Under the pieces are notes generated by a model. The model saw nothing but the letters and a program-made list of their open reading frames with translations. It had not been told where the DNA came from and did not search any database. 47,785 nt of DNA from an uncultured Gammaproteobacteria bacterium (GTDB taxonomy: Bacteria > Patescibacteriota > Patescibacteriia > UBA2591 > UBA6264), in NCBI GenBank assembly GCA_964576065.1, contig CAZNTW010000001.1, positions 6,079 through 53,863 of the forward strand, written 5' to 3'. Each line of letters starts with the position of its first letter. The stretch's first letter is position 1. This document shows, piece after piece, positions 27,563 through 36,858 of the stretch. Position numbers and translations under genes: made by a program.

Positions 27563-28768
27563 ATGGCAGAAAAAGAAAAATTTTTAAGAGACAAGCCCCA
27601 CGTCAACATAGGAACAATCGGTCATGTCGATCATGGCAAAACCACTTTAACGGCGGCTATTTTAAAATGTTTGAGAGCGGCCGGCAAAAAGGCTGACGAC
27701 AAAGGCATGGATCAAATTGATAATGCTCCGGAAGAAAAAGCGAGGGGAATCACCATTGCCTTAGCTCACGTTGAATATGAGTCAGACAAGCGCCACTACG
27801 CTCACATTGATTGTCCGGGTCATGCCGACTATATTAAGAATATGATTACCGGAGCGGCTCAAATGGACGGAGCTATTTTGGTTATTTCGGCCGCTGATGG
27901 ACCAATGCCTCAAACTAGAGAACATATTTTATTGTCTTATCAGGTTGGTGTGCCGGCAATAGTTGTTTTCTTAAACAAGGTTGATACGGTTTCAGATAAA
28001 GAATTAATAGATATAGTTAAAGAAGAAGTAAGAGACCTTTTGAAGAAATATAATTATCCCGGAGACGAAATCCCAATTATTGAAGGATCGGCCTTGAAAG
28101 CCTTTGAGTGCGGTTGTGGTAAAGCCGACTGTCCTCATTGCGGCCCAATTTTGAAATTGATTGACACGCTTGACAGTTATATTCCGGAGCCGAAAAGAGA
28201 CACAGAAAAGCCGTTTTTAATGCCAATTGAAGATATTTTTTCAATTGAAGGGCGTGGTACCGTAGTTACTGGAAAAATTGAAAGAGGAAAAGTAAAATTA
28301 AACGACGAAGTGGAAATTATTGGTTTGCGGCCAACGACCAGTACGGTGGTTACGGGTATAGAAATGTTTAGAAAATCATTGGATGAAGGTTTGGCCGGGG
28401 ATAATGCGGGCATTCTTTTGCGCGGAACCAAAAAAGAAGATGTGGAAAGAGGACAGGTTATAGCTAAACCTAAAACTGTGAATCCTCACGCTGAATTTGA
28501 AGGTCAGGTTTATATTCTTTCTAAAGAAGAAGGTGGACGACATACGCCGTTTTTTGGCGGATACAAACCTCAGTTTTATATCAGAACAACAGACGTAACC
28601 GGAGACGTTACTTTGCCGGAAGGCACAGAAATGGCTATGCCGGGAGATACATTAAGCGTAAAAGTGAAATTGGTTAAGCAGGTTGCCCTAGAAGAACAAC
28701 AGAAATTCGCTATTCGTGAGGGAGGAAAAACGGTTGGTGCCGGCGTTGTTACTAAAATTTTAAAATAG
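27563..28768 (+). CDS. tuf: Elongation factor Tu
   Basis: [18 protein letters not shown] and NKVD G-domain motifs, with full-length similarity to EF-Tu. 401 aa. Confidence 0.97.
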   Translation: MAEKEKFLRDKPHVNIGTIGHVDHGKTTLTAAILKCLRAAGKKADDKGMDQIDNAPEEKARGITIALAHVEYESDKRHYAHIDCPGHADYIKNMITGAAQMDGAILVISAADGPMPQTREHILLSYQVGVPAIVVFLNKVDTVSDKELIDIVKEEVRDLLKKYNYPGDEIPIIEGSALKAFECGCGKADCPHCGPILKLIDTLDSYIPEPKRDTEKPFLMPIEDIFSIEGRGTVVTGKIERGKVKLNDEVEIIGLRPTTSTVVTGIEMFRKSLDEGLAGDNAGILLRGTKKEDVERGQVIAKPKTVNPHAEFEGQVYILSKEEGGRHTPFFGGYKPQFYIRTTDVTGDVTLPEGTEMAMPGDTLSVKVKLVKQVALEEQQKFAIREGGKTVGAGVVTKILK

Positions 28769-28852
28769 TCTAATTTAAGTTGTTTATACTACGCAAGACG
28801 TCGGAGCGACATTAAACTCCGCGTTAAGATGGTTTTAGTTCTTTATATTCAG

Positions 28853-29212
28853 ATGTCAGGAGATAAAATTAAGAATCAAAAACAGAATAAAGACAAAGAG
28901 GCTAATTATAAGCCAAGGATTAGGATTAAAGTAAAGTCTTATGATCACCGAGTTATTGATGAGGCGCTAAAGGATATTATTGAGGCCGTTTCTCGCTCCG
29001 GCGCTAAAATAGTTGGTCCGATTTTTTTACCGACAGAAAAACGCAAATATACTGTTTTGAGGTCTACTTTTGTCCACAAAAACGCCCAAGATCAATATGA
29101 GAAAAGGGTTCACAAAAGATTACTTGACATCTTTGATTTTAATCCGCAAACATTAGAAATTCTAACCGGCCTTCATTTATCGGCTGGAGTAGATGTAGAG
29201 ATAAAAATGTAA
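28853..29212 (+). CDS. rpsJ: 30S ribosomal protein S10
   Basis: RIRIKVKSYDHRVIDEALKDIIE...GPIFLPTEKRKYTVLRS. The start is taken at ATG 28853; the ORF track extends upstream to 28829. Confidence 0.9.
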   Translation: MSGDKIKNQKQNKDKEANYKPRIRIKVKSYDHRVIDEALKDIIEAVSRSGAKIVGPIFLPTEKRKYTVLRSTFVHKNAQDQYEKRVHKRLLDIFDFNPQTLEILTGLHLSAGVDVEIKM

Positions 29213-29394
29213 ATTATTTCTTATTTCTAAAGCTGGATTTAGTTAAAAGTGAATTCTTATAATAATTTGCTCTTAATCGAAATAAAGAGCAAATATTAAA
29301 GAGTTATCATTTAACTATCCTTGCTTTACGTAGAGAGGTTTAATTTTCCCCACTAATTCCAGAACAAAATATTCATTATCTTGATTTTGGAAGC

Positions 29395-29436
29395 CGGGCT
29401 CAGGGCCGGGAAATTGGCCTCAACCCGACTTTTTTT
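29395..29436 (+). terminator. Terminator/attenuator-like hairpin between rpsJ and rplC
   Basis: CGGG...CCCG outer stem and GGCC/GGCC inner stem (CGGGCTCAGGGCCGGGAAATTGGCCTCAACCCG), followed by AC and a T7 run, 54 nt upstream of the rplC ATG. Confidence 0.4.
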
Positions 29437-29490
29437 AATCCCAATTAATAATCATATTTTAAAGTATTTAATTAAAGAATAGATAAAATA

Positions 29491-30102
29491 ATGAAATTTA
29501 TTTTAGGAGTAAAATTGGAGATGACTCAGGTTTTTAAAGATGATAAGATTGTTCCGGTAACGAAAGTTAAAGCCGGTCCTTGTTTGGTTACCCAAGTAAA
29601 AACCGCAGACAAAGATGGTTATTTGGCGGTGCAAGTCGGTTTTGGTAAAAGGAGACAAAATACCAAATCATTGGGAGGCCATTTAAAGAAAGCTTCTCCT
29701 GAAGCGACAAAAATTAGATATTTAAAAGAATTCAGAATTAAGGATGGCAGTGATTTTAAAATTGGCGACGAAATTAAGGTTGATATTTTTAAGATTGGCG
29801 ACAAGGTAAATGTAACAGGCAAAGTTAAAGGACGAGGATTTCAAGGAGTGGTTAAGCGTCACGGTTTTCATGGTTCACCGGCCAGTCATGGACATAAAGA
29901 CCAATTGAGAATGCCTGGATCTATTGGCTCAAGCGGAACAGCTAAGATTTTTAAGGGCAAAAAAATGGGCGGAAGAATGGGCGGAAATCAAAAGACGGTT
30001 AAGGCTTTGGAAATAATGGATGTTGATTTGGAGAATAATTTATTATTAATAAAAGGCGCGGTGCCGGGAGCAAGAAATTCTTTATTGGAAATAGCAGATT
30101 AA
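29491..30102 (+). CDS. rplC: 50S ribosomal protein L3
   Basis: GVKLEMTQVF..., GKVKGRGFQGVVKRHGF motif. Conserved operon position. Confidence 0.95.
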   Translation: MKFILGVKLEMTQVFKDDKIVPVTKVKAGPCLVTQVKTADKDGYLAVQVGFGKRRQNTKSLGGHLKKASPEATKIRYLKEFRIKDGSDFKIGDEIKVDIFKIGDKVNVTGKVKGRGFQGVVKRHGFHGSPASHGHKDQLRMPGSIGSSGTAKIFKGKKMGGRMGGNQKTVKALEIMDVDLENNLLLIKGAVPGARNSLLEIAD

Positions 30103-30106
30103 TTTT

Positions 30107-30769
30107 ATGTTGAAGATAGCAGTTTACAATCAGGAAGGGGAAAAGATAAAAGAAGAGAATTTGAGTCCAAAAGTTTTTGGATTAGAAGTAAAACCGGAAT
30201 TTGTTCATCAGGTCTTGACCTCGATTTTGGCTAATCATCGCCACAATTACGCCCACACAAAAACCAAAGGAGAAGTAAGGGGTGGAGGCAAAAAACCTTG
30301 GAAGCAAAAGGGCACTGGTCGAGCCAGGGCCGGATCTATTCGATCTCCGCTATGGCATGGCGGTGGAACCGTTTTTGGGCCATTAAATGAAAGAAATTAC
30401 GTTCAAAAGGTGAATAAAAAAGCCAAAGAATTGGCTCTTTGCATGTCTTTATCAGATAAAATAAAAGATAATAATATTTTTGTCATTGATAAGATTAATC
30501 TTTTAGAAATAAAAACCAAAAATTTCATCCAAATTTTATCCAAATTGATTCCAAATTATAAAAACAATAAAAAGCAAACGAAAAAGATTATTCTTAGTTT
30601 ATTAGAAAAAGATTTAAATATTATTAAATCAGCGAAAAATATCAGAAATTTAAAAATAATTCCAGCCACCAATCTAGAGATGCTGGAATTATTAAAATCA
30701 GACTATTTGTTAATTACTCTAGACGGACTTAAGAAAATAGAAAAAAGATGCTTAGCAAAAGAAAAATAA
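30107..30769 (+). CDS. rplD: 50S ribosomal protein L4
   Basis: KGEVRGGGKKPWKQKGTGRARAGSIRSPLW motif. Confidence 0.95.
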   Translation: MLKIAVYNQEGEKIKEENLSPKVFGLEVKPEFVHQVLTSILANHRHNYAHTKTKGEVRGGGKKPWKQKGTGRARAGSIRSPLWHGGGTVFGPLNERNYVQKVNKKAKELALCMSLSDKIKDNNIFVIDKINLLEIKTKNFIQILSKLIPNYKNNKKQTKKIILSLLEKDLNIIKSAKNIRNLKIIPATNLEMLELLKSDYLLITLDGLKKIEKRCLAKEK

Positions 30770-30781
30770 TTTTATAAAAGT

Positions 30782-31222
30782 ATGGCTTTTTTTAAAAAAA
30801 GAACACAAAAGGATGCGGGAAAAACAGTCAGCAAGGAATCGCCAAAGCAAAAAATTCAAGAAGAAAGTCTCCAAGAAGAACAGGGCTTAGGGAGAGTGAA
30901 AATTAGTAAAACCCTAAAAACTATTTCTAAAACAGCCAACGCAGTTTTAATTAGGCCGATAATTACAGAAAAAGCCACTGATGGAGAGGCTAAAAATCGT
31001 TATGTTTTTGAAGTAAGCCTCAAGGCAAACAAAATTTTAGTTAAAAAAGCGATAAAAGAGGTCTACAATTTAACCCCGATAAAAATTAATATAATTAAAG
31101 TTAAGGGTAAAAAGGTAAGATATGGACGAACTCGAGGAACGACCAAAAATTATAAAAAAGCCATAGTATTTTTAAAGTCAGGAGAAAAAATAGAAACTTT
31201 ATCAGAAAAATCAAGTCAATAA
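30782..31222 (+). CDS. rplW: 50S ribosomal protein L23 with an N-terminal extension of about 50 aa
   Basis: The core (LIRPIITEKATDGEAKNRYVFEV...) starts near residue 55. An internal GTG (RVKIS) is a possible alternative start. Confidence 0.85.
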   Translation: MAFFKKRTQKDAGKTVSKESPKQKIQEESLQEEQGLGRVKISKTLKTISKTANAVLIRPIITEKATDGEAKNRYVFEVSLKANKILVKKAIKEVYNLTPIKINIIKVKGKKVRYGRTRGTTKNYKKAIVFLKSGEKIETLSEKSSQ

Positions 31223-31268
31223 AAATTTAAAAATAAATTTATTTATAAACAAAAAATAAAATAACAGC

Positions 31269-32114
31269 ATGATTAAGGTTTATAGACCAACAACCGCCGG
31301 CCGGCGTAAAACAAGTATATTAAAAAATAAAGATTTTTTTAAGGGAAAACCCCGTCGGAATTTGATTGAAATTTTAAAAAAAACGGCCGGACGGAATAGA
31401 AAAGGACAATTGGTGGTAAGGCATCAGGGTGGCGGAGAAAAAAATTTTTATCGTAAGATTGATTTTAAACAAAATAAATTTGATATCCCCGCTAAAGTTG
31501 AAACGATTGAATATGACCCAAATCGTTCTTGCAGCATTGCTTTACTTTGTTATGCTGACGGAGAGAGAAGATATATTATAGCTCCGGAAGGACTTAAGGT
31601 TGGAGATAAAATTATAAGCTCCAAAAATAAGATAGATTTGACAATCGGCAGCAGGGCTCCTTTAAAATATATTCCTTTAGGGTCTTCAATCTATAATGTT
31701 GAAATGGTGCCTGGAATGGGTGGCAAAATTGCTCGCTCGGCCGGAAATTGCGTGGTTTTGATGGCGATAGATAACGGTTTTGCTCAAATCAAGATGCCGT
31801 CAAGCGAAAGAAGGATAATAAGAGAAGATTGTTTGGCAAGTTTTGGACAAGTAGGCAATGTTGAATGGCGTTATGTGCGCTGGGGTTTGGCCGGACGGAC
31901 TCGTCATCGCGGAATAAGGCCTTCAGTCAAGGGAAAAGTAATGGCGCCGGTAGCCCATCCTCATGGTGGCGGAGAAGGACATTCTCCGATTGGTTTGGTC
32001 CATCCAAAAACTCCCTGGGGTAAGCCGGCTCTGGGCGTAAAAACAAGAAACAAAAAAAAGTGGACAAAAAAATATATTATTCAAAGAAGAGAGAAAAAGA
32101 AGAAAAATAAATAA
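31269..32114 (+). CDS. rplB: 50S ribosomal protein L2
   Basis: GRNRKGQLVVRHQGGGEK and MAPVAHPHGGGEG motifs. Confidence 0.96.
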   Translation: MIKVYRPTTAGRRKTSILKNKDFFKGKPRRNLIEILKKTAGRNRKGQLVVRHQGGGEKNFYRKIDFKQNKFDIPAKVETIEYDPNRSCSIALLCYADGERRYIIAPEGLKVGDKIISSKNKIDLTIGSRAPLKYIPLGSSIYNVEMVPGMGGKIARSAGNCVVLMAIDNGFAQIKMPSSERRIIREDCLASFGQVGNVEWRYVRWGLAGRTRHRGIRPSVKGKVMAPVAHPHGGGEGHSPIGLVHPKTPWGKPALGVKTRNKKKWTKKYIIQRREKKKKNK

Positions 32115-32188
32115 TTAAAACAAATTAGCAAGATATTATTATAAATATTAAAACGATGCGCAAAAATGGCATTAATCGTAGGTAAAAA

Positions 32189-32515
32189 ATGAGCAGAAGT
32201 TTAAAAAAGGGTCCTTGGATTGACCAAAAATTATTAAAAAAAATAGCCAAGCTTAAAGCGGGGGATAAAACAATTATTAAAACTTGGTCGCGTGATTCAA
32301 CTATTATTCCGGAGATGGTGGGCTTTGTTATCGGAGTTCATAATGGTAAAATTCATATGCCGATATTGATTGTAGAGAATATGATCGGGCATAAATTGGG
32401 TGAATTTGCTTTAACTCGCAAATTTGTCAGACACGGCGGGAAAATGCAAAGAGAAATAGAGGCGGGCGCTAGTCAAAAAACTCCCGCTGAAACTAAAGTC
32501 GCTCCGGGTAAATAA
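32189..32515 (+). CDS. rpsS: 30S ribosomal protein S19
   Basis: [12 protein letters not shown]..., [13 protein letters not shown]. Confidence 0.95.
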   Translation: MSRSLKKGPWIDQKLLKKIAKLKAGDKTIIKTWSRDSTIIPEMVGFVIGVHNGKIHMPILIVENMIGHKLGEFALTRKFVRHGGKMQREIEAGASQKTPAETKVAPGK

Positions 32516-32558
32516 TTGATAACCAATCAGCGCGTTACGCGCTATCTAATGATAAGAA

Positions 32559-33119
32559 ATGGAAATTAAAGCTAAGGGAAGATATTTAAAAATATCACCC
32601 AAAAAAATGAGATTAGTCGTTGATTTAATCAGAGGAATGGACGCCGGAGAAGGTTTGAATTATTTGAATTTTATTCCTCAAAAAGCCGCTTTATTGATAG
32701 CTAAGGTTTTAAAGTCTTGTATCGCCAACGCCGAAAATAACTTTGATTTAAAAAAGGAAAATCTTTTTATTAAGAAGATTTTTGTTAACGAAGGCACTGT
32801 TCTGAAGAGGTGGCAACCAAAAGCTTTTGGTCGAGCTATGCCGTTAAAGAAAAAGAATTGTCACTTGGAAATTGTTCTTGAGGAGAGAAATCCAAATTTG
32901 AAAAAAGAAACAGAATTATTAAAAGAAAAGAAAATTCTTGAAACATCCGGTCAAGTTGAAGCGAGCGCTCATGAAGGAAAAGAAATTAATGTTTCAGCAA
33001 AAGAAGCTTTACGAACTAAAGAAACAATCGGAAAAGGGCAAAAAATAGACAAAGTGAAAACCAGAGCCAAGGGGACAAAAGGAGTTTTAAATAAAGTCTT
33101 TAGAAGAAAAAGCATATAA
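32559..33119 (+). CDS. rplV: 50S ribosomal protein L22 with a C-terminal K/E-rich extension of about 75 aa
   Basis: The core (ISPKKMRLVVDLIRG...KRWQPKAFGRAMPLKKKNCHLEIVLEE) is followed by a low-complexity tail. Confidence 0.9.
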   Translation: MEIKAKGRYLKISPKKMRLVVDLIRGMDAGEGLNYLNFIPQKAALLIAKVLKSCIANAENNFDLKKENLFIKKIFVNEGTVLKRWQPKAFGRAMPLKKKNCHLEIVLEERNPNLKKETELLKEKKILETSGQVEASAHEGKEINVSAKEALRTKETIGKGQKIDKVKTRAKGTKGVLNKVFRRKSI

Positions 33120-33211
33120 GACAAATTAAGGTTCAAAAATTAAAATTAAAAATGGCAGGTCAAAATTCAAAAAAAATAAATAATAAAAATTATCGCGAAG
33201 CAATACTTAAA

Positions 33212-33243
33212 TTTTGCATTTTGCATTTTGCATTTTGCATTTA
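33212..33243 (+). repeat. Heptanucleotide tandem repeat (TTTTGCA) x4.5
   Basis: Four perfect TTTTGCA units at 33212-33239 plus a partial TTTA, ending 11 nt before the rpsC ATG. Confidence 0.9.
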
Positions 33244-33254
33244 GTGAAGCGCTT

Positions 33255-33986
33255 ATGGGTAGAAAAGTAAATCCAAAAATTTATAGAACACCATTGATCA
33301 GAGATTGGGACTCAAAATGGTTTGCTAACAGAGATAAATTTAAACAATTTCTAAAAGAAGATTTGCAAATCAGAAAATTTTTGTCGCAACGATTAAAAAA
33401 TTACGGCGTTGCTAAAATAAATATTGAACGATTGGCAAAGACTTTAAGGATAATAATTTATACTGCTAAACCCGGATTGATTATCGGTCGTGGCGGCGTT
33501 GATATAGAAAAAATAAAAAAGGAAATAAAAGATAAATTTATAGATAATAGCGAACTGGGGTTGGAAATAAATGTCGTTGAAGAAAGAAATCCAATGTTAT
33601 CATCTCCGGTCGTTTTAGAGGGAGTGATTATTGATTTAGAAAAAAGGCTTCCCTTCAGACGAGTTATGAAAAAAGTGATAAAACAGGTTAAGGTCGGTGG
33701 CGCTCAAGGAGTTAAAATAATGGTGAATGGACGGTTGGATGGAGCGGAAATCGCTCGTTCAGAAAAGTTAGTTTGGGGAAAACTTCCACTTCAGACCATT
33801 AGAGCCGATATAGATTATACCCGTGGCACGGCTTTTACCATTTACGGCACGATTGGCATAAAAATTTGGATTTATAAAGGAGAAATATTCGCTAAATCTG
33901 GCAATAAAGTTAAAGAAATAGAAAAAGATAAACCGACGGGAATCAAGAAATCAGAATCTAATTTGGAAGATAATAATCAAAAATAA
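33255..33986 (+). CDS. rpsC: 30S ribosomal protein S3
   Basis: MGRKVNPKIYR start and a KH domain (GLIIGRGGVDIEK). The ORF track extends upstream to 33228. Confidence 0.94.
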   Translation: MGRKVNPKIYRTPLIRDWDSKWFANRDKFKQFLKEDLQIRKFLSQRLKNYGVAKINIERLAKTLRIIIYTAKPGLIIGRGGVDIEKIKKEIKDKFIDNSELGLEINVVEERNPMLSSPVVLEGVIIDLEKRLPFRRVMKKVIKQVKVGGAQGVKIMVNGRLDGAEIARSEKLVWGKLPLQTIRADIDYTRGTAFTIYGTIGIKIWIYKGEIFAKSGNKVKEIEKDKPTGIKKSESNLEDNNQK

Positions 33987-34009
33987 TTGATTTTGTAATA
34001 TTTCAAGCT

Positions 34010-34420
34010 ATGTTAATGCCCAAAAAAGTAAAATACAGGAAAACACACAAAGGAAGACGCCGGTATGACGGAGAAGCCAGTCGAGGAACATATCTTAGTT
34101 TTGGCGAATATGGACTAAAAGCTCTGGAAACTCATTGGATTACCGCCAACCAAATAGAGTCAGTTCGCCGTTTAGTGGCAAGAATTCTCAAAAAGAGAGG
34201 AAAGTTTTGGATTAGAATTTTTCCGGCTAAATCAGTAACTATGAAAGGAGCCGAAATTCCAATGGGACAAGGTAAGGGCGCGGTCGATCATTATGTTGCG
34301 CCGATTAAAGCCGGCACCATCCTTTTTGAGGTCACTGGTATACCGGAAGAATTAGCTCGAGAGGTTTTTTTAGGAGCCGCTTATAAATTGCCGATTAAAA
34401 CAAGATTTATAACAAGATGA
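34010..34420 (+). CDS. rplP: 50S ribosomal protein L16
   Basis: MLMPKKVKYRKTHKGR start. The stop overlaps the rpmC start (ATGA). Confidence 0.96.
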   Translation: MLMPKKVKYRKTHKGRRRYDGEASRGTYLSFGEYGLKALETHWITANQIESVRRLVARILKKRGKFWIRIFPAKSVTMKGAEIPMGQGKGAVDHYVAPIKAGTILFEVTGIPEELAREVFLGAAYKLPIKTRFITR

Positions 34421-34611
34421 AAATAAAAGAAATTAAAAATAAAACCAAAGAAGAATTAGAAATAATTCTTAATGAATCTCGCGAGAAATTGAGAAATCTT
34501 CGTTTTGAGTTTCAATTAAAGCAATCAAAAAATGTAAGAGAAGAGAGAAAAACAAAAAAATTAGTTGCCCAGATTTTGACCATTATTAACGATAAAAACA
34601 ATATTAAATAA
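34417..34611 (+). CDS. rpmC: 50S ribosomal protein L29
   Basis: 64 aa with the ELEIILNESREKLRNLRFE pattern. Conserved operon position. Confidence 0.9.
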   Translation: MKIKEIKNKTKEELEIILNESREKLRNLRFEFQLKQSKNVREERKTKKLVAQILTIINDKNNIK

Positions 34612-34617
34612 ACAAAT

Positions 34618-34860
34618 ATGTTAAAGAGAACAATTAAAGGAACGGTTGTAAGCGCTAAAATGGAAAAAACAATAGTTGTAGAAGTTGATAGAATGAAGAT
34701 TCATCCCCTTTATAAAAAGAGATATTTTTTAAATAAGAAGTATAAAGTTCATGACGAGAAAAAAGAAGCTAAAGTCGGAGATAAGGTTATTTTTGAAGAA
34801 TGCCGACCATTATCAAAAGAAAAGAGATGGCGATTAGTAGGTAAAACGATTAAAAATTAA
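34618..34860 (+). CDS. rpsQ: 30S ribosomal protein S17
   Basis: GTVVSAKMEKTIVVEV...HPLYKK...HDE pattern. Confidence 0.93.
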   Translation: MLKRTIKGTVVSAKMEKTIVVEVDRMKIHPLYKKRYFLNKKYKVHDEKKEAKVGDKVIFEECRPLSKEKRWRLVGKTIKN

Positions 34861-34881
34861 TTTGCGTTTAAGTATAGTGAT

Positions 34882-35253
34882 ATGATTCAAACGCGCACGA
34901 TGTTAAAAGTTATAGATAATACTGGAGCCAAAGACATAATGTGTATTAAGGTTTTTGGCGGATATAAGAGAAGATTCGCCAAAATAGGCGATATTATTGC
35001 CGCAACCATAAAAAAAGCAGTTCCTCACACTTCGGTTAAAAAGGGAGAAATTGTTTATGCTGTGATTGTAAGAACAAGAAAAGAAACTCGTCGCCCGGAC
35101 GGCACTTATATTAGATTCGACGACAATGCGGCTGTGATTGTAGATAAAAAAACCAAAGAGCCGAAAGGCGGAAGAATTTTTGGCGTTGTCGCGAGGGAGT
35201 TGAGAGAGAAAGGATTTACCAAGATTATTTCTTTGGCGCCGGAAGTATTGTAA
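34882..35253 (+). CDS. rplN: 50S ribosomal protein L14
   Basis: [17 protein letters not shown] start. 123 aa. Confidence 0.97.
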   Translation: MIQTRTMLKVIDNTGAKDIMCIKVFGGYKRRFAKIGDIIAATIKKAVPHTSVKKGEIVYAVIVRTRKETRRPDGTYIRFDDNAAVIVDKKTKEPKGGRIFGVVARELREKGFTKIISLAPEVL

Positions 35254-35290
35254 TGAGACAATTTGATTTGTAATAATTTGTAAATTCAAT

Positions 35291-35599
35291 ATGAAAATCA
35301 GAAAAAATGACACAGTAAAGATAATTCAAGGAAAAGATAAGGGTAAAAAAGGAAAAATCATAAGAGTTTTACCCAAAGAAAACAAAATAGTTGTTGAGGG
35401 TTTAAATTTAGTGATTAAACATGTCAGACCGAAAAGGGAAAACGAAAAAGGACAAAAAATAAAAATGGCCGTATCGTTAAACGTTTCCAACGTTATGCTG
35501 ATTTGTCCCGCTTGTAAAGAACCGATCAGGGTCGGCTATAAAATTTTAGCTGACGGACGAAAGCAAAGATTCTGTCGAAAATGCAAAGAAATTTTTTAA
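35291..35599 (+). CDS. rplX: 50S ribosomal protein L24
   Basis: KIRKNDTVKIIQGKDKGKKGKI KOW motif and a C-terminal CPAC...CRKC zinc ribbon. Confidence 0.93.
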   Translation: MKIRKNDTVKIIQGKDKGKKGKIIRVLPKENKIVVEGLNLVIKHVRPKRENEKGQKIKMAVSLNVSNVMLICPACKEPIRVGYKILADGRKQRFCRKCKEIF

Positions 35600-35628
35600 T
35601 AAACCAATTATTATAAGTGCGAATTAAT

Positions 35629-36180
35629 ATGTCTCTGAGTTTAAAACAAAAATATTTAAAACAAGTTGTTCCGGAATTGATGAAAAAACTCAATTTAAAG
35701 AATAAACTAGCGACTCCTAAAATGGAAAAGGTTATAGTTAATATTGGTTTAAATAGAAATATTGTAGAGAAGGATCAAAAATACCAAGAAATAGCGGCTC
35801 AAACCATAGCCAAGATAACCGGGCAGATTCCAGTCAAAAATTTAGCCAAAAAGTCAATTGCCGGATTTAAAATTAGGGAAGGTTTAGTGGTGGGATTGAG
35901 TACTATTTTAAGGGGGCAAAAAATGTATGATTTTGTGGAAAAATTGATTAATATTGCCTTGCCACGAATCAGAGATTTTCGCGGATTATTAAAAGAAAGT
36001 ATTGATTGCCAGGGCAATCTTTCAATCGGATTTAAAGAACAGACGGTTTTCCCTGAAATTTTGCAAGAAAGCGTAGAAAGGACGCACGGCTTACAGGTGG
36101 TAATTGTTACAAAGGCTAAAAATAAGGAAGAAGGTTTTGAACTTTTTAAGTTGTTGGGTTTTCCTTTTAGAGAAAAATAA
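35629..36180 (+). CDS. rplE: 50S ribosomal protein L5
   Basis: [16 protein letters not shown]...NIGLN... pattern. ATG at 35629; the ORF track starts at GTG 35617. Confidence 0.94.
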   Translation: MSLSLKQKYLKQVVPELMKKLNLKNKLATPKMEKVIVNIGLNRNIVEKDQKYQEIAAQTIAKITGQIPVKNLAKKSIAGFKIREGLVVGLSTILRGQKMYDFVEKLINIALPRIRDFRGLLKESIDCQGNLSIGFKEQTVFPEILQESVERTHGLQVVIVTKAKNKEEGFELFKLLGFPFREK

Positions 36181-36187
36181 ATTAAAT

Positions 36188-36373
36188 ATGTCAACTAAAG
36201 CGCAGGAAGTAAAAATATTAAAGAAAATAAAATTTAAGACTCGTATTGTCAGAAGGTGTTGGCGATGTGGTCGGCGTCATGGCTATATGCGCGAATTCGG
36301 GATTTGTAGAATTTGTTTTAGAGAATTAGCGAACAAAGGGGCAATCCCGGGAATAAGAAAATCGTCTTGGTAG
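36188..36373 (+). CDS. rpsN: 30S ribosomal protein S14, zinc-binding type Z
   Basis: 61 aa with [23 protein letters not shown] (CxxC...CxxC). The ORF track extends upstream into rplE. Confidence 0.93.
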   Translation: MSTKAQEVKILKKIKFKTRIVRRCWRCGRRHGYMREFGICRICFRELANKGAIPGIRKSSW

Positions 36374-36401
36374 AATTTAACATTATAATTTTGTAAAATT
36401 T

Positions 36402-36806
36402 ATGGTGGATCCAATTTCCGATATGTTAACAAGAATTCGTAATGCCACAGCAGTTGGCAAAGAGGAGATAGTTTTGCCTTATTCAAGGTTTAAATTCAAT
36501 TTGGCTCAGATTTTAGAGAAAGAAAAGTTTATTGAAAAGGCGGAATTACTGGCTCCCTTAGACGAGGGAAAAACAGGCTTTAAACAGATAAAATGCGTTT
36601 TGAAATATGACGGCAAAATTTCGGTTATAAAATATTTAAAAAAGATTAGTAAGCCGGGTCAGAGGATTTATATTAAAAAAGATAAAATTCCTAAAATTTT
36701 TGGGAGAAAAGGTCTATTTATCGTTTCTACTCCTCGAGGACTGATGACGGGCCGTGAAGCCATTGAGGGTAATTTGGGTGGTGAATTGATTTGTGAAATA
36801 TACTAA
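36402..36806 (+). CDS. rpsH: 30S ribosomal protein S8
   Basis: DPISDMLTRIRNA start motif. Confidence 0.96.
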   Translation: MVDPISDMLTRIRNATAVGKEEIVLPYSRFKFNLAQILEKEKFIEKAELLAPLDEGKTGFKQIKCVLKYDGKISVIKYLKKISKPGQRIYIKKDKIPKIFGRKGLFIVSTPRGLMTGREAIEGNLGGELICEIY

Positions 36807-36858
36807 ATAGTAATTTTGCTCCGTCAGCTGGCGGATTGCATTTGAGCGTAGCGATATT

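Noticed and set aside
33153-33245. 30-codon ORF (MAGQNSKKINNKNYREAILKFCILHFAFCI) running through the heptamer repeat.
   Set aside because: Its C-terminal third is simply the translated repeat. No motif is present and it is very short. It is more likely non-coding spacer.
36104-36187. 89-aa version of the rpsN ORF that overlaps the end of rplE.
   Set aside because: Type-Z S14 proteins are about 61 aa and begin near MSTKAQ... The ATG at 36188 follows the rplE stop by 7 nt.
34903-36194. Long minus-strand ORFs (34903-35313 and 35799-36194, and similarly 22876-23241, 39324-39647 and 43916-44257).
   Set aside because: They lie entirely antisense to highly conserved plus-strand genes (rplN/rplX, rplE, htrA, secY and the ATPase). 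Their translations are low-complexity shadow frames.
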